The position numbers were made by a program, and so were the translations under genes. 64,000 nucleotides of DNA from NCBI GenBank assembly GCA_965242685.1, contig OZ251487.1, forward strand, positions 865,199 through 929,198, read 5' to 3'. Of the stretch, positions 1-8,321 are shown one piece after another (positions within the stretch are counted from its first letter, which is position 1; every line of letters begins with the position of its first letter). The notes below the pieces were generated by a model. That model had not been told where the DNA came from, searched no databases, and was given only the letters and a program-made list of their open reading frames with translations. The DNA comes from Gammaproteobacteria bacterium (GTDB lineage Bacteria; Pseudomonadota; Gammaproteobacteria; UBA4575).

Positions 1-197
1 AAAAATCATGCAGTATTCTTAAAAATATGGGCCCGCAAATTCAGTGGATAGAGAGCTTTGTAACGGATGACAAGGTCTATTGCACGTATATTGCTCCCAA
101 TGAGGAAGAAATACTGAAGCATGCCAAAGAAGGTGAATTCCCGGCAAACAAAGTGGCGCAGATCAAGGGTGTGATTGACCCCACGACCGCAGAGTAA
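1..197 (+). CDS. DUF4242-family small protein, 5'-truncated by the window edge (ORF is open to position 1; stop TAA at 195-197)
   Basis: Translation ...KSCSILKNMGPQIQWIESFVTDDKVYCTYIAPNEEEILKHAKEGEFPANKVAQIKGVIDPTTAE matches the remembered C-terminal consensus of DUF4242 proteins (GPEIQW...YVTDDKIYC.YIAPNEE...GFPAN...IDPTTAE). Not in the ORF track because it is shorter than 60 aa after the first ATG. Confidence 0.55.
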   Translation, partial: KSCSILKNMGPQIQWIESFVTDDKVYCTYIAPNEEEILKHAKEGEFPANKVAQIKGVIDPTTAE

Positions 198-250
198 CAC
201 CTTCCCGTAGCCGTGCATGGCTCATCGTCGGTCCATGCAAAGAACCGGTT

Positions 251-541
251 TCAGGGTGACCCAAAGATACAGCCGTTCCTGGTAACTACCGTAGGAAAGT
301 CTCCTATGTCACGCATCACCTGCGCGACGTTGTAACCCTCCAGCATTGGTTTCACCTCATCTCCCCGAAGACCATTGAGGCATTCGTCCATGACGCGCAG
401 GATATACATGCCGCTATCTTCAACGACGCGAAACTGTATGCTTTCCAAGCCTTCATGCCGCCAACGTTCAATGGCCGCACCCGGGAAATGTTCTCCAAGA
501 TATTCCTCCACAAGTACTACTATATTTTCTTCATGCAACAT
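251..541 (-). CDS. hypothetical small protein (96 aa), possibly distal member of the mtoX operon
   Basis: Intact ORF; its start lies 19 bp downstream of the tlpA-like stop on the same strand. No recognisable motif. The alternating hydrophobic pattern suggests a ferredoxin-like alpha/beta fold. Confidence 0.35.
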   Translation of the reverse strand: MLHEENIVVLVEEYLGEHFPGAAIERWRHEGLESIQFRVVEDSGMYILRVMDECLNGLRGDEVKPMLEGYNVAQVMRDIGDFPTVVTRNGCIFGSP

Positions 542-560
542 CTAAATGAATACCCGCTAC

Positions 561-1160
561 TCAACGAAGGCTACTCCACCCCATGAATTCCTTAAAAATG
601 CCGAACAATGTGCGGTCTTGCATGGCGGCAGGTGATTCGTCGGCCATCAAGTGTCCGTGAGAAACCATCACCCCGGTCAGAAACTCTACTATCTCGGGCG
701 AATCCCATTGGCGCTCACCTGTAACCTTGTAGACTAGCCTGCCGTCCGGGTTGATTAAAAATGTGGTCGGTAACCCAAGAACCCCCCAACTTGCAAGGCT
801 CATGTCTTTGTCAATTAGCACTGTAAAATTAACCGGTACCTTATCCAAAAAGTTTCTGACATCCGCCAAGCTAGGGCCGACATGCACTCCCACTACTTCC
901 AGCCCCTTGCCGGTAAACTGGTCATGTATATTACTCAATGACGGCATTTCCCTCCGGCACGGCGCGCACCACGCCGCCCAGAAGTTCAGCAGTACAAACT
1001 TGCCGGCATAGTCATCCAGGCTGATTACCGCACCATCAACTGTACTTAAACTAAACCCATCAGCTTGCGGCTCGGCAGTGATGGGGTACATGATCTTACC
1101 CGCCCATGCAGTGTTCATAGCTGATAACACCAAGATAAAAAGTACTATTCCTTTCCACAT
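561..1160 (-). CDS. TlpA/ResA-like periplasmic thiol:disulfide oxidoreductase (thioredoxin fold, WCAPC active site)
   Basis: Signal-peptide-like N-terminus (MWKGIVLFILVLSAMNTAWA) followed by FWAAWCAPCRREMP, the CxxC motif typical of TlpA/ResA. Start moved to the internal Met that precedes the signal peptide. Confidence 0.8.
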   Translation of the reverse strand: MWKGIVLFILVLSAMNTAWAGKIMYPITAEPQADGFSLSTVDGAVISLDDYAGKFVLLNFWAAWCAPCRREMPSLSNIHDQFTGKGLEVVGVHVGPSLADVRNFLDKVPVNFTVLIDKDMSLASWGVLGLPTTFLINPDGRLVYKVTGERQWDSPEIVEFLTGVMVSHGHLMADESPAAMQDRTLFGIFKEFMGWSSLR

Positions 1161-1222
1161 CTTTATAAATCTTTTCCACGCACAGCGCTCATCTAAAGCA
1201 ACTCGTTGCCTGGCCTGATACA

Positions 1223-2560
1223 TCAGTATTCCCATTTGTTTTCATGTACCCAATTCGGGTCATCAGTGCCCAAGTCCCCTATGGGTGCCGCGAAGGCGTC
1301 CGCTACCAAAGTCGCAATGTTGTTCCCCGTCAGTGACTTTAGAAAAGCAGCCAGGTCATCCATTTCCGTATCAGTCAGGTTAAGTGGTGTGATCAAGGGA
1401 CTGAGCAGCTCATTGGGAATCCCGCCCCGATTGTAGAATTCAATAACTTCGCGCAGGGTGTGTAGGGAGCCATTATGCATGTAAGGGGCCGTCAGTGCCA
1501 CGTTACGTAAGGAAGGGGTACGAAACTTCCATCGGTCATGGGGGTTTTCAGTTACTTCGTACAAACCCAGGTCATTTTCTCTTGTCCCGAAGGCCTTGCG
1601 AATCGCTTTGGCGTCAAACTCCGTGAATATCCCGGGCGCCAGCTGTACTTTTGCCTTCTCAGGCTCAATGCCCATAGATGCCTGATAACCAAGCCCGGTA
1701 TTGTGCAGACGGTTGTCCGTGAACAATGCATAGTCATCGTGTATAAGGTGACAAGTACTGCAAGCACCTTTGCCGGTAAAAATGCTGAATCCCCGTTTTG
1801 TTTGTGCATCTACCGCTTTGTCCTGTGCACCAAAGTACCAGCGATCAAATGGTGAGCCGGCAGCATTGAGAGTACGTTGGTAACTGGCAAGTGCCATACC
1901 AATCGTTTCCATGGTCGGCCCGCGACCATCAAATGCGCTTTCAAACAGATTATCATACTCAGGAATGGCCTTTATCTTGTTTATTACATAGCCGATTGAA
2001 GGATTTGCCATTTCATTACGCGCCAGTAATGGCGACCAAACCTGTTGCTCCAACGTTGATTCACGACCGTCGTGAAAGATCTTTTGCAGATACGCTGCAT
2101 TGTATATCGTCGGTGCATTGCGCTTGCCGGTGCGCCCTTCCACCCCTATCGGAATTTCCAACTCATTGTTGGTAAAGCCCTGCTCAGGTATATGGCAGAT
2201 CGCGCAAGAAAATGTGTCATTGATCGACAAGCGTCGGTCAAAGAACAGTCTTCTCCCCAGTGCTACTTTTTCAGCGGTAACCAGATTGTCGGCGGGAACC
2301 GGTACCTCAGGCAACCCCAGAACAGGATGGGTAATAAACTCCAATAAGTCGGCTTCCCGACCGATGCGTTTTTGCAGGTCAAGTGAGTTTGTTCTGTAGT
2401 CTACAGATTCATAGCCTTGTTTATTGTCGCCGGGGCCGAATGTCGCCTGTCGTTGCGGGGAATCCGCCAAGCTTGCCGACAAACAGATCGACACCAGGGT
2501 AGCAAACGCTGCATGCCTGGACACACTGATGACACGCACAAAGCTATCAATAGGTTGCAC
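1223..2560 (-). CDS. di-haem cytochrome c peroxidase family protein (MauG/CcpA-like)
   Basis: Two CxxCH haem-binding motifs (CAICH and CSTCH). N-terminal signal peptide. Length ~445 aa and conserved blocks of bacterial CCP/MauG (GKRNAPTIYNAAY, FHDGR). Confidence 0.85.
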   Translation of the reverse strand: MQPIDSFVRVISVSRHAAFATLVSICLSASLADSPQRQATFGPGDNKQGYESVDYRTNSLDLQKRIGREADLLEFITHPVLGLPEVPVPADNLVTAEKVALGRRLFFDRRLSINDTFSCAICHIPEQGFTNNELEIPIGVEGRTGKRNAPTIYNAAYLQKIFHDGRESTLEQQVWSPLLARNEMANPSIGYVINKIKAIPEYDNLFESAFDGRGPTMETIGMALASYQRTLNAAGSPFDRWYFGAQDKAVDAQTKRGFSIFTGKGACSTCHLIHDDYALFTDNRLHNTGLGYQASMGIEPEKAKVQLAPGIFTEFDAKAIRKAFGTRENDLGLYEVTENPHDRWKFRTPSLRNVALTAPYMHNGSLHTLREVIEFYNRGGIPNELLSPLITPLNLTDTEMDDLAAFLKSLTGNNIATLVADAFAAPIGDLGTDDPNWVHENKWEY

Positions 2561-2573
2561 AATTAATCTGTAC

Positions 2574-3311
2574 TCACTCGAGAGGGGGTGTCACCTCAAG
2601 AAGAAGTGTCTTGATGTCAGCAGTAATAAGCTGGTCATGCAGAAAAGAAACGCTGTACTGCTGTCGAATATTTTTTGATCGGTCAATCAGAAACGCTCGC
2701 AGTATATGTGACATTGAGTTCGTGTAATTTCCATCTTCGTCATATTCCCTTATCACCATCTGTCCATATCGGTCAAGAATGGGCCGTAACCGCTCTTCGG
2801 AGGCGGTAGTTAAAAATAACCATCGCGGCGGTTCATCTTCTCCAAATCCTGCACCGTATCGTCGCATCACTTCAGGCGTATCGCGCTGAGGATCAAAACT
2901 GATACTGATGAGGCGAAGCCGGTCAGCAAAAGCGGGAGTATTTTTGAACCGTTCCTTGATTTTATAGAATACTGCGGTGGATAAAGGACACCCGTTTAAG
3001 TCGGTGCAATTACTGTACATGAAAGTAAGCAGTACGATTTTATCGCCAAAAAGATCTTCTAGTTCAAGTTCCTCACCATTGACGTCAAGAATCGTACCGC
3101 CACCTGCCGTACCTAAGCCGGGCAAGGCATAGGTACCGGGCTGGGGAACTTCAAAAGGCAGGTCGGGCGCCCATCCGTTGGCAATCACTTGAATTTCGGC
3201 CCTTGCCGCATGAGAACCAGGCAAAAAGGTATCGTCGTCACTCCTCCGGTCGAGACATGCCGTCAACATAAACAACGATACCAGTAGTAAAAGTCTCGCA
3301 CTGTTTTTCAT
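2574..3311 (-). CDS. SCO1/SenC-domain copper chaperone-like lipoprotein (atypical Cx5C instead of CxxxC)
   Basis: Lipoprotein signal (LLLLVSLFMLTAC). Thioredoxin-like SCO block FMYSNCTDLNGCP...ISISFDPQRDTPEVMRRYG resembles SCO1/SenC (FGFTHCPDVCP...SVDPERDTPEVL), but the Cys spacing differs. Confidence 0.75.
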   Translation of the reverse strand: MKNSARLLLLVSLFMLTACLDRRSDDDTFLPGSHAARAEIQVIANGWAPDLPFEVPQPGTYALPGLGTAGGGTILDVNGEELELEDLFGDKIVLLTFMYSNCTDLNGCPLSTAVFYKIKERFKNTPAFADRLRLISISFDPQRDTPEVMRRYGAGFGEDEPPRWLFLTTASEERLRPILDRYGQMVIREYDEDGNYTNSMSHILRAFLIDRSKNIRQQYSVSFLHDQLITADIKTLLLEVTPPLE

Positions 3312-3325
3312 TTGCGGATACAGCC

Positions 3326-3362
3326 TTTCAAAAGCAACAAGGCCACCTCGAAGGCGGCCTTG
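3326..3362 (-). terminator. putative intrinsic terminator/attenuator between mtoX and the SCO1-like gene
   Basis: Minus-strand RNA caaggccgccuucgagguggccuug forms a ~10-bp GC-rich hairpin followed by uugcuuuug. Sits in the 102-bp spacer downstream of the mtoX stop. Confidence 0.45.
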
Positions 3363-3413
3363 TTCAAGTTGTTCAAGCTGTCTGGTTGCATAACTTGCAA
3401 CAAGGCTACTCCT

Positions 3414-4799
3414 TTATTCCGTTTGGGACAGCAGCACTTCAGCTTGAGGTTTTTGTGAATACAGTGAGTAGGCACCAAACCTCATCTGGTGTGCGCGCCC
3501 CAGCTTGAGTTCATAAAAATCTACCGTGAACTCGTGCGTAAGTTTCTCGCCGTCCCAACTGAACAGCTTGAAAAACTGTTCGTCCTTCTCGCCGGTATTA
3601 TCCCAATTACCCAACAAGGAAGACGTAAAGTAAGTGCGCTTGCCGTCCCAGCTTTGCGAAATCATGTTGACCTGAGAACCGATTACATGCTCATAAACCT
3701 GCTCGGGTTTAAAGGGGTCTTCAATATTAAAAAAGCGGGTTTTGCCATCCAAGAAAGTCTGTACCCAAAGCCCTTTGTCATCCGCAGTGATGGAAATATC
3801 AACCGGTAGCCAAGTTCCCAAGGGACTGCCTTCGGTGCTGATGCCGCCCACGTCCTTCGCCTGCCATTCGCCCGCCTCATCTTCATAGATCAACCAGATT
3901 CTCGAGGTCAATGCGGTAGTGGTCAAGCAATAGTTATTTCGTGAACCCCACGCGCAGCGGATTTCCAGTGGCGCGCCGGGCACCTCAAAAACTTTCTTGG
4001 GTTTGCGTGTGTGCAGGTCCCAAACCACGACAGTATTACCGAAGCGTTTCATGGCCTCCTCGTCACTTATCATCTCCCCTACATTCATCATGTAGTTGGA
4101 CCAACCGGTAAACGAAGAAGTAACCATTATGTTTCGCCTGGGCAAAACACGTACGTCATAGCCGTATCCATCGGCAACGTTGCCTACCTTTTTCGCACCA
4201 CGCAAGTCTTCATCGGTTGGCATCCAATGGGCGGCGATAAAGTCGCCCTCATTGGAGTATTCCGCAAGACCGGTGCGTCCGCCATGGTCAACGTTGTTGG
4301 ACAAGGCACTGACCATGATACGGCCCGGTAGTGCATACATGGTGTGCGGCCCTACCATACCGCCAGTCTTCTCAACAAAATCGGTAATAACCTTGTGTAA
4401 CCTGGGTTTGGATGGATTGGAATGAACATCAAAGATAAATATCTTGTTGCTGTCCAATCCTCCTGCAAACAGATAACGACGGTCATCAGTGAGGCCGGAA
4501 TGGTGGGCCTCGTTGCGTCCCCCCACGGAAAGCACGTTGACTACCTTCCCATAGTGCTCTGAAGCCGGATTGACGGAAACGGTAACCAATTTGTCCTGTT
4601 CATCTCCCAAACCTTCTACCCCCAACGTCCATATATATACATAGTCTTCTTGACCAACAATTTTTGCCATGTAGGGAGACATGCACGTCTCATCTGCAAC
4701 GGCAGCAGAGTGAAAACCAAGCAAAGACACCAGCACGGTACATATAAATGTAAGCGTGCCCCATGCCCATCTGAATTTTAATTTTGTCACTTTCTTCAT
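3414..4799 (-). CDS. mtoX: selenium-binding protein 56 (SBP56) family protein, methanethiol oxidase MtoX homologue, periplasmic
   Basis: Signal peptide. Blocks NEAHHSGL and KPRLHKVI align with ELHHSGWN and PKLHKVIEP of human SELENBP1. Length 461 aa matches bacterial MtoX. Sits with SCO1/SenC and MauG-like genes, as described for Hyphomicrobium mtoX clusters. Confidence 0.85.
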   Translation of the reverse strand: MKKVTKLKFRWAWGTLTFICTVLVSLLGFHSAAVADETCMSPYMAKIVGQEDYVYIWTLGVEGLGDEQDKLVTVSVNPASEHYGKVVNVLSVGGRNEAHHSGLTDDRRYLFAGGLDSNKIFIFDVHSNPSKPRLHKVITDFVEKTGGMVGPHTMYALPGRIMVSALSNNVDHGGRTGLAEYSNEGDFIAAHWMPTDEDLRGAKKVGNVADGYGYDVRVLPRRNIMVTSSFTGWSNYMMNVGEMISDEEAMKRFGNTVVVWDLHTRKPKKVFEVPGAPLEIRCAWGSRNNYCLTTTALTSRIWLIYEDEAGEWQAKDVGGISTEGSPLGTWLPVDISITADDKGLWVQTFLDGKTRFFNIEDPFKPEQVYEHVIGSQVNMISQSWDGKRTYFTSSLLGNWDNTGEKDEQFFKLFSWDGEKLTHEFTVDFYELKLGRAHQMRFGAYSLYSQKPQAEVLLSQTE

Positions 4800-5109
4800 C
4801 TCTTATGACTCCGTCTATGGTTTATTTTTCAAGGCCACGGGCCTGAATTTTCTCAAGATTAAAATAACTCCACTAAATCAAAAGGCCACAAACTCTCAAT
4901 AAGCTACTTTTACATTATGCCATATCCGTTTTGCTCAATCAAAAGCATGATGTATAAATTTTGGCTTGTAAAGGCAATACCATCGCCAGACAAAAGGTCT
5001 ATAGCCGGCATCCCGCCATATGGACTACCTCCAAAGCCGTTACTGACACAGTAGAAAAATTACCGTCCGACTCGTCTTCGTGAAAAATTCGCTATACTTT
5101 AACGAAAAA

Positions 5110-5496
5110 CTACTTGTACTGGATATAAGCGAAACGTGGGTCGTCGGGCGGGCCTTCCAAGTCCCCTTCTTCCCGGCCTGGCTGCCACATCAGCACGTCT
5201 TCAATCTTACCCGCCAGCTCAAAATCCTTGTTTGTGACTCCTTTTGCAGCATGATTCATCAGCTTGCACACTACAAAGGCATAGGATACCGTTAAGTCGG
5301 GATGATGAAATGCCGCCTCTGCCAAATGACCAATAGTATTGACCACCATCAATGTACCCTTCCAACCATGCGTCCTGTATTTTCGACGTATCCACCCGTT
5401 TTCATAAAACCAGGTGGGCAGTTCCTCTGCCAGTCGTTCTTTGATTTGCTCTTCTGAATAGGTCTGTTCTGATTTTATCTCGCGCCACTTTGACAT
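5110..5496 (-). CDS. pterin-4a-carbinolamine dehydratase (PCD/DCoH) family protein with a ~25-aa C-terminal extension
   Basis: Motif EAAFHHPDLTVSYAFVVCKLMNHAAKGVTNKDFELAGKIED matches the PCD signature (E..HHPD....Y..V.V.L.TH...G.T..D..LA..I). Start placed at the MMSKW Met pair preceded by GGGGGTG; the ORF could extend to 5526. Confidence 0.6.
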   Translation of the reverse strand: MSKWREIKSEQTYSEEQIKERLAEELPTWFYENGWIRRKYRTHGWKGTLMVVNTIGHLAEAAFHHPDLTVSYAFVVCKLMNHAAKGVTNKDFELAGKIEDVLMWQPGREEGDLEGPPDDPRFAYIQYK

Positions 5497-5636
5497 CATC
5501 ACACCCCCGTCAATCCGTTCATCCAACTTTAAAAGTGAAACCTACTCTTCAACAAGATAAAAGTATCAGTTTTGCATTCAGTTTGCAGCTTTTTGATAAC
5601 ATTCCAGAACACGAAAAGAAATAAACTAAGGTCACC

Positions 5637-6179
5637 ATGTACAAGGAACCGATGACCGTTGCCGGAATGATGGCCGCAAGCTGGGGAATCATCGGATTTT
5701 CTCTGCTACTGGGTTTTTCTACGTGGCGACTCACTCTGAATTCAATTGAAGCGTTACAAATGCCGTTGAATCGGACACACTGGTTAGTATTCGCCATTTT
5801 TTTGGTCTTCATGGTTTACAGCGAAGGCTATAAAGGCTTCCAAAAAAGCTTCTCGCCACGATTTGCCGCGCGATTCAGACATCTCCTGTACAGTGCCACG
5901 CCTATTCAATCCCTGCTGGCACCCCTGTTCTGCATGAGTTATTTCCATGCCACTAAAAGGCGTATTATCGCCACATTTACATTGACTGCGGCGATCATCG
6001 CTTTTATTTTACTATTCAGACTCCTCCCACAGCCATGGCGAGGATTGCTGGATGCGGGCGTTGTGGCCGGATTGATCTGGGGAATGATCACCACCGCCTT
6101 ATTCTGTGTCAAAGTCTTTACTGACAGGACGTTTTGCTACGACGCTGAAATGCCGATAAACTCTAACGGCAACAAGTAG
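5637..6179 (+). CDS. hypothetical integral membrane protein (about 4-5 TM helices)
   Basis: Hydrophobic segments throughout. No recognisable motif. Its stop abuts the ABM monooxygenase ORF by 1 nt. Confidence 0.45.
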   Translation: MYKEPMTVAGMMAASWGIIGFSLLLGFSTWRLTLNSIEALQMPLNRTHWLVFAIFLVFMVYSEGYKGFQKSFSPRFAARFRHLLYSATPIQSLLAPLFCMSYFHATKRRIIATFTLTAAIIAFILLFRLLPQPWRGLLDAGVVAGLIWGMITTALFCVKVFTDRTFCYDAEMPINSNGNK

Positions 6180-6205
6180 TGCCAAATATCTACCGGGAGG
6201 ACGTT

Positions 6206-6508
6206 ATGTTTGTTGCTATGAATCGTTTCAAGATCATCCCCGGACGTGAAGAGAAGTTTGCTGAAATATGGAAAAATCGTGAGTCTTTTCTGGATGGAGT
6301 CCCCGGATTCAAGGAATTTCACTTGCTGAGAGGGCTATCCAACGATGAATACACCCTGTTCGCCTCTCATTCAATTTGGGAATCCGAGCAAGCATTCATA
6401 AACTGGACAAAATCGGAGGCATTTCGCAAAGCCCATGCAAGCGCCGGGAAGGCGCGCTCGGTCTACCTTGATAAACCAGAGTTTGAAGGCTTCAATGCAG
6501 TGCTTTAA
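6206..6508 (+). CDS. antibiotic-biosynthesis-monooxygenase (ABM) domain protein
   Basis: MFVAMNRFKIIPGREEKFAEIWKNRESFLDGVPGFKEFHLLRG...SHSIWESEQAFINW is the ABM ferredoxin-like pattern. Start set at the internal Met. Confidence 0.7.
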   Translation: MFVAMNRFKIIPGREEKFAEIWKNRESFLDGVPGFKEFHLLRGLSNDEYTLFASHSIWESEQAFINWTKSEAFRKAHASAGKARSVYLDKPEFEGFNAVL

Positions 6509-6524
6509 GGCAGGGCTATTTCCT

Positions 6525-7337
6525 TCAGCAAGTGCGTATATTCCATGCGATATCAACGGCCTGACGATTTTGCCAAATGTCGTGTACCCGAAATATTCTA
6601 ACCCCTGCCATCACACCAAGCGCGGAGGTGGCACAGGTTGACGGTATTCTTTTACGCGGGTGGTTGCCTGCGCCCATAAAACGCTTGCGACTGGCACCAA
6701 GCAAAACAGGGTAGCCCAATCCAGTTAGCTTGTCTAAATCCTGTAACAGCTTCAGATTATGCACGGTGCGCTTGCCAAAACCAATGCCCGGATCCAGGAT
6801 GATATTTTCTTTCTTTATACCCACGGCGCGCGCCTCATTCGCTCGTTCGCATAAAAAATCCGCGACTTCTCCGGTAACGTCCTCGTAACTGGGATTATCC
6901 TGCATGGTTGCAGGGGTCCCCTGCATGTGCATCAAACAAATCGGCAAATCCCGGCCGGCTGCAAGTTTTAACATCTCTTTATCCTCTTGACCCGCACTGA
7001 TGTCATTGAGTAGGTAGGCCCCTGCATCGACAGCGGCCTTGGCGACCGCGGATAAAGTCGTATCAATACTGATATGTACACGCTCGTGCAGTTCTTTACG
7101 CAACCCTGCAATCACGTCAATGACCCTGCGCTTCTGTTCAGTGGCATCAATACGCTGCGCACCAGGGCGCGTGGACTCTCCACCCACGTCAATAATATCT
7201 GCGCCCTGCTCGGCCATTTCAATACCGCGATGAATCGCATCCTTGGAGGAAGGGTATACACCCCCATCAGAAAAACTGTCGGGCGTGACATTGAGTATGC
7301 CCATGAGCAAAGGTTTGGAATAGTCAAGCCTCATCAT
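6525..7337 (-). CDS. folP: dihydropteroate synthase
   Basis: N-terminal MMRLDYSKPLLMGILNVTPDSFSDGG, DVGGESTRPG and DISIDT blocks are canonical FolP. Start trimmed to the Met giving ~270 aa. Confidence 0.85.
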   Translation of the reverse strand: MMRLDYSKPLLMGILNVTPDSFSDGGVYPSSKDAIHRGIEMAEQGADIIDVGGESTRPGAQRIDATEQKRRVIDVIAGLRKELHERVHISIDTTLSAVAKAAVDAGAYLLNDISAGQEDKEMLKLAAGRDLPICLMHMQGTPATMQDNPSYEDVTGEVADFLCERANEARAVGIKKENIILDPGIGFGKRTVHNLKLLQDLDKLTGLGYPVLLGASRKRFMGAGNHPRKRIPSTCATSALGVMAGVRIFRVHDIWQNRQAVDIAWNIRTC

Positions 7338-7385
7338 GACATTGCCGCGCAAATTACAGCCAATTGGATTGGAAACTTGCAACCA

Positions 7386-8306
7386 TCATTTTTCAAATCG
7401 TATCACTTTTATGTTACTCCCCACTACTATCCTCATCAGATCTTCCCCCATGTAAAGCTCTCCTTCATAGTTGTTCTTTAGTTCCTCAAGCAAGGTGTCC
7501 TCGCGGACGCCAATTAGAATGATATGCGTGAGGACTGCGACTCGAGGCTTGGCTTTATGCAGTACGCGTAGCATCTGCGATGAATCGGTATGATAGCGTT
7601 TTACTTTTTGTAATCGAGGGTTTCTTGCCAGGATGTTGGGTTCGGCAGCAAAGATCTCATGGATCAATACGTCAACGTCGCGGGCGTGTTCGATCAACTC
7701 GTTTGAGTACGTGGTATCGCCGGATATGACTACCGAACGGTCGCCAAAGTCAATTCTGTATCCGTAGGCAGGTTTTACCGGTTCATGCTCAACGTGGAAC
7801 GCCGTTACTTTAACGCCGCGTGCCGAATAAACCACACCGGACACAATATCGTCGGCAATCAGCTTGGCTGCATCCTTACTCAGTCCCGTGTTCTGATGCC
7901 TGATTGAGATATCGTAGGCGTAGGCTTGTTGCAGTTTTTGCACAAAATCCCGTGTGCCTTCCGGGCCGTAAACTCGTAGTGGCTGTTGACGTTGATACAA
8001 CCGGCTGGTAAGCCATACATCATCCAATGCCGAAATATGGTCGGCATGCAAATGGGTGATAAAGACTTTGTTGATTTCGGACAAGGGGATATCCAGCTGA
8101 TGCAATCTCTGAACAATTCCCCGGCCCGCATCAAATATCAGAAACTCCCCTCCCGCTTCAACGAGTACGGCAGGGCCGGAACGATGCACGTCGGGCCTTG
8201 GGCTACCCGTGCCAAGCAAGGTAACGCGCATGTAGTCGGCATAGGCGATGACGGGATAAAGAAACAACCAACAAAATATAAGTGAGCGTCCCGACACGGT
8301 TTTCAT
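7386..8306 (-). CDS. MBL-fold metallo-hydrolase with signal peptide
   Basis: HxHxDH motif (ITHLHADHISAL). N-terminal signal sequence. Confidence 0.7.
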   Translation of the reverse strand: MKTVSGRSLIFCWLFLYPVIAYADYMRVTLLGTGSPRPDVHRSGPAVLVEAGGEFLIFDAGRGIVQRLHQLDIPLSEINKVFITHLHADHISALDDVWLTSRLYQRQQPLRVYGPEGTRDFVQKLQQAYAYDISIRHQNTGLSKDAAKLIADDIVSGVVYSARGVKVTAFHVEHEPVKPAYGYRIDFGDRSVVISGDTTYSNELIEHARDVDVLIHEIFAAEPNILARNPRLQKVKRYHTDSSQMLRVLHKAKPRVAVLTHIILIGVREDTLLEELKNNYEGELYMGEDLMRIVVGSNIKVIRFEK

Positions 8307-8321
8307 GGTGTTTGATGAAAG

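Noticed and set aside
751-1011. Assorted 60-110-aa ORFs antisense to the TlpA-like gene, mtoX, nadB, lpd, guaA, guaB and pnp (e.g. 4011-4331, 14676-14981, 19967-20347, 51272-51517, 61147-61479)
   Set aside because: They lie opposite confidently identified genes and show no motif or RBS. They are treated as non-coding.
6137-6322. 61-aa minus-strand ORF spanning the membrane-protein / ABM junction
   Set aside because: It is antisense to two co-oriented genes and has no SD. The likely explanation is chance.
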